Assembly (NCBI GenBank): GCA_002269645.1
Contig: NIVC01000065.1
Coordinates: 124,001 to 188,000 of the forward strand
Length of the DNA stretch: 64,000 bases
Direction: 5' to 3'
Origin: Macrostomum lignano
Lineage: Eukaryota
Positions within the stretch are counted from its first letter, which is position 1. Every line of letters begins with the position of its first letter. The position numbers were made by a program, and so were the translations under genes. Below the pieces are notes generated by a model that was not told where the DNA came from, made no database searches, and was given only the letters and a program-made list of their open reading frames with translations. Below, in pieces: positions 13,003 through 24,432 of the stretch.

Positions 13003-14321
13003 ACTTCTGAAATAATAAGTAAGATTTATGCTTACCAAAACAGTTAATAAGTTAAAATATATTAAATAGCAATATAGAAATCCTAACATGTACTAAGTAA
13101 ATTCTTAAAACTTGTGGGCTTATAGAGAAATAATATATATAAAAGCTACATAGAGACTGTAGTTGTATTAATCATTACTACAAGTAATGCTCTTTTATAC
13201 AAATGCTATAGGTTTTAGTCTTGCTGGATTATGTCTACACCTAGTTTAAAAATTCAAAAAATTACTTAAAAGTTTACATACAATTTTCCTACATATTTTT
13301 TATATTTCAACTAAAACTAGTAGTTGAAATAAAAGTTCATTTTTACAACTGGTATCCAAAAGTAGTGATACTTTTGCTCATATTCAAACTTTTAAATTTT
13401 CCTATTTGAATATATTCCAAATGTAAAAAATTTGTAAATGCCAATTTTTTAAGAGAATATATATTTTTAGAAACAAAAAACTTTTACTTAATTTTACAAT
13501 GGCAGCTTTTTTTACTAAAAACTGATATTCTTTATTTAATTTTATTTTCTTGTAAATTTCATGAATATTTTTATTTTAGTTTTCAATTATTTTTAAGAGC
13601 TTAGACAATGGTTGATATTTAATTACACATTTGCATTAACCCTGAAGTTAGCTATTTTTTGTATAACATAATATGACAATTGAGTGAGTTCAACATTGTC
13701 TAAATGCAGAGATGATGATGATTTAGATAATTTAGTTGTTTTTCTTATAACCTAATGATAATTTCAAATATAATGACTTTGGTCAGAGCCTACTTAACAC
13801 ACTAATATTTTAATATGCTATCAATTTTAAATGCCACTTTTCAAGCATATACTAACCTTCTAATATATATTATACTCATACCTTTCTGCTATCTGGTACA
13901 TTACCCCTCATTGCCATACCTAAGATCATGTCATTTATGTTAGATTTGTCTTTGCAAATGGCAATTTAAGCTACTTTATTAAAATTGCACCTTGATTTTT
14001 TTTAATGCAATTTCAAAGTTCTTGACCTATTAGTTAGTTTTATTATTTTGTTACTTTTAACATTACTTTCTATTTTTAAGATAATAAAGCTACTTCCTAT
14101 TTGCTATTTAAACTCTTTATTTGTTTCTTATTAGGCCAAGCTACTTTTGAGATAGGGCATAGAGGCAGTTTTCAAAATAAATAGCTAGGACTATATACTA
14201 GGCCTAATACTGTGGCTACCAAGTATAAGTTGGCAATTTGTCTGCATTTGAATTTGCACACTTTTTAGGCCAAAAAATTAATACAATATATTTGTTTAAG
14301 TCTATATTGACCATATATGCA

Positions 14322-14473
14322 CAACCTTGGGATTCACTTAGCCATTTCTATTAGTATTGGCAACATACATAAATTGCTATTGGCCAAGAGTAGTCACGTG
14401 ACTACTATTCCATCCAATAGCAACTTGCATGTGTGTGTTGCCAATAGAAATGGCCAGGTGAATCCCTAGGTTG
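14322..14473. mobile_element. 152-bp palindromic MITE-like element
   Basis: Arms CAACCTTGGGATTCACTTAGCCATTTCTATT..GGCAACA / TGTTGCCAATAGAAATGGCCAGGTGAATCCCTAGGTTG; perfect 18-bp central palindrome AGTAGTCACGTGACTACT (14389-14406). Confidence 0.7.
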
Positions 14474-14707
14474 CACCCAAGCATAACATTGACTCTATCC
14501 AGTCTTCAAGTTTTCTAGTTAAGGTCTTCTAATCTCAATTTATTGCATATATATAAGATGTAGCAGCCTAGAATATTTAAGAAAAAAAATTATTATGCCT
14601 ATTTTTACTTTTTAATCCTTTTTAAGATGGATCCTTGGGTGTATGCTAAATTCCTTAATAGCTCAACTATCAAGAGTAAGACAACAAAAATTGCCTAGAT
14701 TCTAGAC

Positions 14708-15124
14708 CAGCATGGAATTCTTGCATCTGGCATATAAAATGGAAAATTGCAACTTTTTTTGGTGCACAATTCCATATTGAACCAAATGCAATTTTTACAA
14801 TCTTAAACAAAATTTAGTGGCGCAATTTTTAGCATTACCAATTGTCAAAATAATGTTTTGCGATAGTCTTATACTTGCATTTTTTGATGACTCATTACAA
14901 TAAATATAAAACTAATTACCTTTGTTTTTTTAAGTAGAGAATTTTAAATTTGAATAGTTTGTAAATATTTTTATGTAAACTATGCAAACAGTCGCAAAAT
15001 AATTTGCAATTTTTGTTGCATTTTTTCAGCCTGTATAGCCTACAGGTGTGCATTTTTTGTGTTGCGCAATTTTTTTCCCAAACACAAAAATGTGTTGCAA
15101 TTTTTGTGCAAAAATTCCATCCTG
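14708..15124. mobile_element. Old hAT-like MITE (~420 bp)
   Basis: Terminal inverted repeats CAGCATGGAATTCTTGCA / TGCAAAAATTCCATCCTG; left flank TTCTAGAC resembles the hAT NNNTANNN target, right flank GATCCTAGAA is a degenerate match; iterated GCAATTTT subterminal motifs. Confidence 0.45.
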
Positions 15125-17074
15125 GATCCTAGAACGAGAAGCCATACTGATATAGAAGGCTAGATGACATGGAATAAAGCATAACTAAAATCTTATTAAA
15201 AAGTTTTTTCTATCCTAAATATTTTCAATTTCCAAAAAGCATATTATAGATTTGTAAAAATAGGGCCTAGTCTATTTTATAATTCTTTTAAACCCCTTTT
15301 ATTTAGTTTTTTATGCTATTATAGGCCTTGTGTGTGTGTTGTATAATATAGGTGGCTATAGGCCTAATAATAGTTTTTTATGCCAAATAGACTACAAAAT
15401 TTAAGCAAATTCAAAAATTATATACATTATATAAGAACAAATGACCTCCAGACTATGATACTTTTAGTACTAACTTTTCCTAAACGAATCAGATTTAGTA
15501 GGGGCCTAGGCTTAGTTAGGCAGTGTAATGTAGTCACAGGCACAGAACAGCCAGTACAGTGAACAAGTTACTCATCCTCCACTATGTCGGCCTTCGTCTC
15601 CTAGCTTTTTTTATTCAAACGCAGCAGCAGGTTATCAGCAAAGACTAACTCAATTTATTTCGCCATGGCTTAACTTATAACTAGGCCCAATATGGCTATA
15701 GCTAAACTTGGTCATGAAAAAAGTTTGAATATGTCTTTTAGGTTAACTTTAAATCTATTCGTTATTAAAAATTGCCAGTTATTAATAAAATTTATATTTT
15801 TTGCGTACACTTCGGTTATAAAGTATAGCAAAATTCTATGATCTTTGTTGTTCCTTTTGTTTAAGCGAGTGACAGTCACTTGTGAACAATTTTTAAACGA
15901 TGAAAGGCATGTAAAAATCTAGAACATACCTTGTTGTTAGAGGCACAGAATATCGGCGGTATATTCTGTGATTCGAGGTGCCACTTTTAGCGCCATATAG
16001 TCTATCTGCAGCGCATAAATATTGTCTAGCGCTAAGAGTAGCGTCCAACTGCTGGAGCAAGTCATTATTGTGCAATTACATGTCAGATACATATGTACAT
16101 GTACACGTACTATAGCTCTGTACGAATGGCTCGGAGACTCATCATAAATCTATGAGTCGTCCTTATGCTTTTTATATCTCGTCTAAAATGTGATTGCTTA
16201 TAAGTAGTTAAACCACCCCATGCCTTCCATATGCTTAGTAGATAGCTCGTATTTTATATAGCTATGACACTTTTACTTTTTATATTTTACTTTTAATTTT
16301 ACTTTTTATATTTATATTTTACTAGCATAGCTATGCTCCAATAGAGCAGAGCCTATTTTAACTCTATATTCTCTACCTATGCTACAGTTGCTTTTATCCA
16401 TGCTATTTACTTAACATGCATCGATCGCTTCTAACATTTCCATCCATGACGTAAGCAAGATTCGGGAGTCAAACTCACTAATGGACAACTACATATGTAG
16501 CAGGACGCTTACGCCACGCTGTCAAATCGTGTGAATTTTACATGGCTGGTTCTGCAAAAAATCTGCACAAGCATATATGCGAGATAAGAAGAGTTTTACA
16601 TGTAGTTCTTGTTTGTCAATAAGTATAAGTTTCTAGTGCAGCATGGCAGGTTGATTCACAAGTTTTTCGATTCGATATACATGTGTACATTTAAGTTTAT
16701 TACTGAAAAAAATTTTGAGAAGCAAAGATTTATAGCATCAAAGCGTTAATTAGGGTTTCACCATAAGACAATTAATTTAATAGGAAAAAAACTGTCTTCA
16801 GAGGTCAGTCTAGATTTCTTAAAAAAACAGTTTGACTTATTTGCCTGCTTGATTACCAGTTGTCCTGAAACTGAGAACAGACCTGATCAGTCGATTGTTG
16901 TTGCTCTCGATCGTTTGTTAATTGTTTGAATAATTCGCAACTGCACTATCAGAAACCAAAGATAAGTAAGTACATGTACCAGCGCGTTGCATTCCAAGAA
17001 TTTCATGTCCATATGATATGCATAATATTCACAGCTTCCTATCTATATAATCCCATTTGATTTAGAAATCTGCT

Positions 17075-17830
17075 ATGTCGCCATCAAAGCTCAGCAACGA
17101 TCAGCTACTCTGCATTTTCCTCTTCTTGCTGAAGGTAGTTCAGGCAGCTGACGTCGCTTCGTACTCGAGCATCAATGGTAGCCTCTGCATCAACGCCCAG
17201 TTCGTTTGGAGGCTCTCCGGGGTTTCCTCGACGACCGGCTGCGCTTTCTGGTGCAGCAGCGACCCGAGCTGTCAGGCGTTCAGCCTGGCTGACGGTCCGT
17301 GCCAGCTGTTCGTGTTCGACAAGTGCAGCAAGTCGGTGAGGGACTGCGGCTGCTCCAGGAGAGGCCGGGTGTTTGTGAAGCAGCAGCCCGGACTCGAGCT
17401 GGGCGCGCTGTGTCCGTCTAACTACGAAGACGACCTGTGCGGAGTGAAGTACAAGCTGCACTTTAATAACGATTTATGGGGACCAAGCAGACGCCTGTGC
17501 GAGTCGGAGGGCGGTCTGGTGATCATGGCGGATGTGGTGGACGCTGCCGAGATGAGCCACGTGGAATCGATCTACAATAGCGCGACCAAATCATTCTGGC
17601 TGGGCGGTATCCAGCTAGCTGGCAGCGCAGAGCCAGCAAGCGGCTGGTACTGGGTCGCCTGCAACATCTCCGTTGACGCCAGCCTGTGGGGCGTTGTCCA
17701 ACCTGACAATGCAAATGGCAAAGAAAATGTTTTGGGTCGTTTCCACCCCATAAAAAAGCTGACTGACCTGCACGAAGACAGTATTTCCATTCCAGCAGTG
17801 CTGTGCGAGTGCTTGTCGCCATTCAACTGA
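17075..17830 (+). CDS. Secreted PAN/Apple + C-type lectin domain protein, paralog A (251 aa, intronless, QPD motif)
   Basis: Hydrophobic N-terminus (LLCIFLFLLKVVQA); PAN-type Cys pattern CAFWCSSDPSCQAF..CQL; CTLD motifs W..SRRLCESEGG.L, FWLGG, WYW, WGVVQPDN, ENV, AVLCEC. Confidence 0.85.
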   Translation: MSPSKLSNDQLLCIFLFLLKVVQAADVASYSSINGSLCINAQFVWRLSGVSSTTGCAFWCSSDPSCQAFSLADGPCQLFVFDKCSKSVRDCGCSRRGRVFVKQQPGLELGALCPSNYEDDLCGVKYKLHFNNDLWGPSRRLCESEGGLVIMADVVDAAEMSHVESIYNSATKSFWLGGIQLAGSAEPASGWYWVACNISVDASLWGVVQPDNANGKENVLGRFHPIKKLTDLHEDSISIPAVLCECLSPFN

Positions 17831-18311
17831 CCACGTGAACATCCGGGAATTCGGTCTTTTCAAGTCGGAGTATTAAGACGTCAGAATTCTACGCTCGTAA
17901 AACAAAAAATAAGTCCATAGGGAAGACAGCAGCTGGTTGGTACTTTCTTAAATAACTGTTTATGAGATTTTTCGTACGAATGATCGATATAATTTACAAT
18001 TTTCGTTTTCCTTATGCTAAAATGTTCCTTAATGTCGCAAAAATTTGCTTTAAACGTCCTTCTATTCCTTCCTTTTCTGAACAATTATTTAAATTACTGT
18101 TATTATAACAAAACACTATAGCTACTCGTATGAAAACAAATTCGAATGCATGAATATTATATGTGTAATTACCAAACCTCTGAAATTTATAGAAAAACTT
18201 GTTAATTATAAATAAATATGATAGCTACAAGTTATAAGCGTTAATTTTGTTAAATAAATTGTTGGAGTGATTTTTTTCGCGGATACGAATCCAGATTTTG
18301 TGGAAATCACA

Positions 18312-19531
18312 AAAAATGAGTGCCTGCCTGCGGCGCCAAAATGAGTGCCTGTCTGTGGCGCCAAAATGAGTGCTTGCCTGAGGCGCCAAAATGAGTGCCT
18401 GCCTGCGGCGCCAAAATGAGTGCCTGCCTGTGGCGCCAAAATGAGTGCTTGCCTGTGGCGCCAAAATGAGTGCCTGCCTGCGGCGCCAAAATGAGTGCCT
18501 GCCTGTGGCGCCAAAATGAGTGCTTGCCTGTGGCGCCAAATCGAGTGCCTGCCTGCGGCGCCAAAATAAGTGCTTGCCTGTGGCGCCAAAATGAGTGCCT
18601 GCCTGCGGCGCCAAAATGAGTGCCTGCCTGTGGCGCCAAAATGAGTGCCTGCCTGTGGCGCCAAAATGAGTGCTTGCCTGTGGCGCCAAAATGAGTGCCT
18701 GCCTGCGGCGCCAAAATGAGTGCTTGCCTGTGGCGCCAAAATGAGTGCCTGCCTGCGGCGCCAAAATAAGTGCTTGCCTGTGGCGCCAAAATGAGTGCAT
18801 GCCTGTGGCGCCAAAATGAGTGCCTGCCTGTGGCGCCAAAATGAGTGCCTGTGGCGCCAAAATGAGTGCCTGCCTGCTTCGCCAAAATGAGTGCCTGTGG
18901 CGCCAAAATGAGTGCCTGCCTGCGGCGCCAAAATGAGTGCCTGTGGCGCCAAAATGAGTGCCTGTGTCGCCAAAATGAGTGCCTGTGGCGCCAAAATGAG
19001 TGCATGCCTGTGGCGCCAAAATGAGTGCCTGCCTGCGGCGCTAACTTCAAAGTGCTAACCCTAACCCTAACCCTAACCCTAACCCTAACCCTAACCCTAA
19101 CCCTAACCCTAACCCTAACACTCATTTTGGCGCCACAGGCACTCATTTTGGCGCCGCAGGCAGGCACTCATTTTGGCGCCACAGGCAAGCACTCATTTTG
19201 GCGCCGCAGGCAGGCACTTATTTTGGAGCCACAGGCACTCATTTTGGCGAAGCAGGCAGGCACTCATTTTGGCGCCACAGGCACTCATTTTGGCGCCGCA
19301 GGCAGGCACTCATTTTGGCGTCACAGGCACTCATTTTGGCGAAGCAGGCAGGCACTCATTTTGGCGCCACAGGCACTCATTTTGGCGCCACAGGCAGGCA
19401 CTCATTTTGGCGCCGCAGGCAGGCACTCATTTTGGCGCCACAGGCATGCACTCATTTTGGCGCCACAGGCAAGCACTTATTTTGGCGCCACAGGCAAGCA
19501 CTCATTTTGGCGCCACAGGCAAGCACTTATT
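18312..19531. repeat. Foldback structure: 21/25-bp satellite arm (18312-19040), telomeric tract, inverted arm (19120-19531)
   Basis: Left unit GCGCCAAAATGAGTGCCTGCCTGTG; right arm is its reverse complement (CACTCATTTTGGCGCC..). Confidence 0.9.
19055..19119 (-). repeat. Interstitial telomeric repeat, about 11 x CCCTAA (TTAGGG on minus)
   Basis: Uninterrupted (CTAACC)n, single orientation. Confidence 0.95.
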
Positions 19532-22029
19532 TGAGTGCTAACAACACCGTTTGATAATCTAATGTACATGTAGGGATTTAGTCACGTATTTTCAAATAGC
19601 TATTAGAATCTTTTATTTTCAACGTAACTCATAGCTATTAAGTAGCAGCTGCGGGTATTTGGTTATACACAGCTAATGTTTCAGCTATAATCTACTCTAC
19701 ATACAAAGCCAGATGCTATGTTTATGCATGCTTTGCGGCTTTCTAACTTTCTTTTGATGTCTAACTCCGATCCATTAACTTGCAATCAGCTGGGGCTTTT
19801 AGTAAGCTATGTGCATGAATACAGAAAATGCATCTATAATACCTAGCTGAAGATCATTAGTCAAGCAATATTGTAGACTCCATAATTGTAGTTTGAGGTA
19901 GAAAGACAGACAGCTCCAAATTCTTCAAAGCATCCTACAACGCGGCATCACAAACCCAGAAGCTAGTAGTGCGTTTGTCGTTCAAACCTGCATTCGTTCC
20001 AAGCTAGTCCAACATTCGGACGTACCCCGACGCCCCCGACGTCAATGAATCTCTCGCCGGCGAATATATGCTCCAATCCCCAGGGCACAGACAGTGTACA
20101 TGCCTGACGATTAGAACGTCAAAGGGCCGCCAAAAAGGATTTACATGGATCTGTCACGAGATTTAAACTTTTTAGTGGCCTGTAAAGTTCAGTCTGTCAT
20201 CTCTGCTAGTTGCTGTTGGGTGGAGCTTCTTGATAAGGGCTGCGCATGCATTCCAATTGTAGTTGACCCAAGGACTGCTTAAGTAGCTATAGTAGGAGGG
20301 GAAAGTACGTTTCTTGGAAATATTTAGGAGGCAGGCTTACTAAAAAATACGTTATAGAGAATGTAGGTTTTCATTTTTCAGCATAAAAGTTGTCATTTCC
20401 CTATGTTCATCTTTTGATAAGTCAATTGCCTTTCTTATAGCACTTTCGTAGAGCTTCCTGTTTATAAAAATCAATTTTATATCCTACGTACATTTCCTGT
20501 GCCTAAAAATAGTAAAAATGCTAAGTTCAACTCATTCGTTTTATGAATATTAATCACAGATACTAGAATAACTAGATGGGCCACTCTGCAAATTTGCATG
20601 TAAGCTACTTTCAGTTCAGTAGTAAGTTAAACCGAAGCATTTTAATTCATTTTTAAAGCCACGGCTCATTTATTGGCTCTTACCCCCCTCGCTTAAACCC
20701 TTCAACCGCGCCTTTTCACATTACCCCCCGCCCCGCCCCAATTTTTATTGCCTTTCTCGGAATTCCAGCCTAAAGCTGCCATGTACATTTCAGTGGACTG
20801 GCCAATGTACATTATTGCTGAACCAATTAGCAAGTTGTTTACGCCTGCAAGCTTTGGGCTTCTAAACTTATCAGTCGTTTCAGCCGCCTTTATTTTTATA
20901 AAATAGCTATAGTATTCTTCTTTGCTACTGAACTGAAAGTAGAAAGCAGTTTTACTAAGTACCTATGCCTGAGTGGCCCATCCAGTTATTTTAGTATCTG
21001 TGGATAAAACAATATTGTATAGGCTTTTTCATAAAGTCCATAAAATTGAAGCCTTTTTATTATTATACTTCAGCGAGGATCACTACTGAGAGTAAGTACG
21101 ATAGAATTATAACATATTTTGGTAGATGTCAAAAGATGAACATTCAGCTCACTATCAAAAGAAATTAAATTTTCCCGTCCTTCTACTTGGGTAGCCCTTG
21201 AGATGTGTAGGAAAAAATTGGATTTTCGAAAGGAAAATGCCATCATTCGTTCGACTCGTGAATTTCGTAGAGGACCAATTTTCACCAGTAAGCGCGGTGA
21301 TCACTATGGAAATAAAAAATACGGCGTTGAAATCATTTTTTATCTTCAACACAGCGGTTTCAGTTCTAGACATAGCTGTCTTTGTTAATGATCGAATTCG
21401 AGAGACTCGAAATACGATTGAGTGGTTGCCTTGACTACAGCTGAATCTACCCTTTTGCATTATACGTATAAACAAATACACAAGTATCGATCTCTCTCAC
21501 GTCTCTTTCCAGTTGTCTCAATAGATTCTGTTGGCATATACAGTTATTGGAACTGGTTTTCTACAGTCGCATTTCGTATCAGTATATTTTAGCAGCTGTG
21601 ATTAACTGCCAAAGTGTCAAAATGTATTCTCTAGGATAGCGTATGAAAAAATTATTCAGCAATTTACAAACGGTTGAGAGGCGAAATTGAATCAAAGACA
21701 AAAAATTCAGCACTACAGGAGCCATACAAAGCCCCTAGCTGATTCATCCGTAGCCAACCGTGTTATCTATTCAAGCAGTTTTCCCTTAGACGCCATTCTA
21801 GACGAATCCGTGGTCCGCATTCAAGCGATTCGATATGCGCGATCGTTCCTTCGGCTGCATCGAATTCCGCAATAGCCTGTTGGGTGGGCATAAATATAGG
21901 GAATTTGAGGGAAATTTGACTCTTCTATAAACGTCAGCGAGAAGCGCTAACGCTATCAATTCGATTTCACAAGGGGAAGACGAGCTTCAGTCGATTCTAG
22001 AACTACTTCTTGAAATTAAAAAAAGCAGC

Positions 22030-22764
22030 ATGAGACTATTAATCCTAATTGTACTGATCGCGCAGATCACCTGTCAATCGCATGATTCCTACAAACAAAT
22101 CGAAGGATTTCTGTGCATCAAAAGTAACTACGTTAAAACCTTTCCTGGCCAAAAGTCCAAGATTGTTTGCGCTGCTCTGTGCAACCGCGACCCGAGCTGT
22201 CAGGCGTTCAGCCTGGCTGACGGTCCGTGCCAGCTGTTCGTGTTCGACAAGTGCAGCAAGTCGGTGAGGGACTGCGGCTGCTCCAGGAGAGGCCAGCTGT
22301 TCTTGAAGCAGCAGCCCGGACTCGAGCTGGGCGCGCTGTGTCCGTCTAACTACGAAGACGACCTGTGCGGAGTGAAGTACAAGGTGCACTTCGGAATTGG
22401 ACCATGGAGACATGGCAAACAGAAGTGCGAGTCGGAGGGCGGTCTGGTGATCATGGCCGATGTGATGGACGCCACCGAGATGAGCCACGTAGACTATATT
22501 AACGGTGTGCGCAGCCCGTCGCAGCCCTTCTTCCTCGGAGGATTTCAGCCCGCCGGAAGCGTTGAGCCCGCCGGAGGCTGGTACTGGGAAGTCTGCAACA
22601 TTACCCTGGACGGCTGGATAGTCTGGGCCTTCAGAGAGCCTGACAACGGCGGAAACGAAAATGTCGTGGCTCGCTATCCAGGGAAAAACAAGCTGGTCGA
22701 CATCAGCGAAAACAGTTATTTGCTTTCCGCGGTGCTGTGCGAGTGCCTGTCGCCATTCAATTGA
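22030..22764 (+). CDS. Secreted PAN/Apple + C-type lectin domain protein, paralog B (244 aa, intronless, EPD motif)
   Basis: Signal peptide MRLLILIVLIAQITC; CAALCNRDPSCQAF; FFLGG, WYW, WAFREPDN, AVLCEC. Clear paralog of 17075-17830. Confidence 0.87.
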   Translation: MRLLILIVLIAQITCQSHDSYKQIEGFLCIKSNYVKTFPGQKSKIVCAALCNRDPSCQAFSLADGPCQLFVFDKCSKSVRDCGCSRRGQLFLKQQPGLELGALCPSNYEDDLCGVKYKVHFGIGPWRHGKQKCESEGGLVIMADVMDATEMSHVDYINGVRSPSQPFFLGGFQPAGSVEPAGGWYWEVCNITLDGWIVWAFREPDNGGNENVVARYPGKNKLVDISENSYLLSAVLCECLSPFN

Positions 22765-23220
22765 TCATTTAACAATCCGGCAAGATGCATCACGGCTGGA
22801 GTAAGACGTCAGAACTCCATACAATAGCGAAAGAATGACAGATGACAGAAAACTTCTTCGCAACTTTTTTCAATTAACTTATTCAAACAAAATTCTGAAC
22901 CAATTTTTAAACTTTGGTGGAACTGCGGTACATGCAAAAGCGGGGTTTCACGCTTTCTTATACCAACCAATGTCCTGTTACGAAGACATTTTTTGTAGAA
23001 AAATTATACGATCTTTGAGTGTAGCGTTCTGATATAGTGCTAGTGGTCCTTGAGTGAGTTGACTGCTTAAATTGCAGAGCTATATTCCAGAATTAAAAAT
23101 CTGACCTCCTCTTTCATACCCACGCAAATAATACAATAAATATTTTAAATAAAAGATCAAAGCAAAACTTAAACCCTACGAGCGTATCTTTTCTTTCTGT
23201 GGTACCTGTGGTACACTCAA

Positions 23221-23335
23221 ATCCGCATTGCTTCAGCTCACCCAGCTGTAAAGTGGGTGCCAGCATTAGCTTGGGTAATTGAGGGTGTGTGTGGCGACCC
23301 CTCCTCCCCCAGTCCTTGGACCTAACAGCCAAGGA
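23221..23335 (+). mobile_element. Internal/3' fragment of the tRNA-derived SINE family also seen at 35428-35708
   Basis: GCATTGCTTCAGCTCACCCAGCTGTAAAGTGGGTGCCAGCATTAGC..GAGGGTGTG..CCCCAGTCCTTGGAC matches the reverse complement of 35510-35600. Confidence 0.75.
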
Positions 23336-23340
23336 CTTTG

Positions 23341-23757
23341 GTCGTTGTCAAGTTATACTTAGGTTGAATTACAAAGTATATGATGTCGTTGTCAAGTTAC
23401 TTAGGGTGACTTACAAAGTATATGATGTCGTTGTCAAGTTACTTAGGGTGACTTACAAAGTATATGATGTCGTTATCAAGTTACTTAGGGTGACTTACAG
23501 AGTTTATGATGTCGTTGTCAAGTTACTTAGGGTGACTTACAGAGTATATGATGTCGTCGTCAAGTTACTTAGGGTGACTTACAAAGTTTATGATGTCGTT
23601 GTCAAGTTACTTAGGGTGACTTACAAAGTATATGATGTCGTTGTCAAGTTACTTAGGTTGACTTACAAAGTGTATGATGTCGTTGTCAAGTTACTTAGGG
23701 TGACTTACAAAGTATATGATGTCGTTGTCACGTTACTTAGGGTGACTTACAAAGTTT
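23341..23757. repeat. 42-bp minisatellite directly following the SINE fragment
   Basis: Unit GTCGTTGTCAAGTTACTTAGGGTGACTTACAAAGTATATGAT, about 10 copies. Confidence 0.93.
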
Positions 23758-24139
23758 AGGACCATATTTTTTCTAGGGTATGTGCTCAGAAGTTAGCTGA
23801 ATAGGGCAGAATTGCCTCACTGCTGATTGTAAGGACGCTCACAACCCTCCTGAAAATGTATATTTTAACACAGGGTATACACGAAGTTTAAATTGACTTT
23901 AAATCAGTAATTCTATGTAAATGGCAGCTGAGACGGACCTAATAGACGACGCATTCATACGAGTAAAGATACAAAGGAAATTCGAACTGTCGGCATGTCA
24001 AAATCAGGCGCACTGTTCGTTTCTTCGATAAACCTTCTCACAACTGCAGTAACCAGTCGCTCCATGCTACCTCCAAAGTGATACTCGAGCCGAACATTGA
24101 ATTTTACAAGTATCGGGCAGTTGATTACAAATTACGCAC

Positions 24140-24432
24140 TAAAATATTCTTGACAGCTCGATTCCCACGCTAAAATAGTCGTGTAACTATTGCCACCTGC
24201 TGTTAGACTGGGAGATTGCCTAGCTGTCATTCCGTCAGGCAACTGTTGGCTTCTAGAGGAAACTTTTTCATTTTACGCTTGTGGATTATGCATTTGGGCC
24301 TTTGTTCCTGCAACCGAACTGCGGCCGCTTATCTACTATATAAATGCCAACTTCATTGCAAACTGAGCCAACGCACCATACATTTCTAAAAATTCGGTTT
24401 ATCGACTACATAGCACCCTCGAAACAGTCATT
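24140..24432 (+). promoter_or_regulatory. Promoter block shared by the two secreted-protein paralogs (second copy ~29095-29367), with TATA box
   Basis: Non-coding sequence alignable between copies (e.g. CCTTTGTTCCTGCAACCGAACTGCGGCCGCTTAT..TATATAAATGCCAACTTCA) although the introns are not alignable. Confidence 0.6.

Noticed and set aside
15635-15670. AAGACTAACTCAATTTATTTCGCCATG resembles the 3' end of a flatworm spliced leader as I remember it
   Set aside because: Needs several indels, has no upstream match, no following GT donor or Sm site, and no coding sequence after it.
15893-16075. Minus-strand ORF LQQLDATLSARQYLCAADRL with faint GST C-terminal resemblance and a nearby GTATGT donor
   Set aside because: Too short, and the expected T-x-A-D motif is in another frame; it may be a non-coding CKAP5 5' exon but I cannot support that.
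19055-19119. Telomere-telomere chromosome fusion scar
   Set aside because: A fusion would show head-to-head (TTAGGG)n(CCCTAA)n; only one orientation is present, and the inverted parts are the flanking satellite.
18206-19554. Multiple 120-290-aa ORFs
   Set aside because: Translations of the foldback satellite and the telomeric repeat.
21895-24270. NF-kB-like sites upstream of lectin B and secreted paralog A (GGGAATTTGA, GGGAGATTGC)
   Set aside because: They do not fit GGGRNWYYCC and are not conserved between paralogs.
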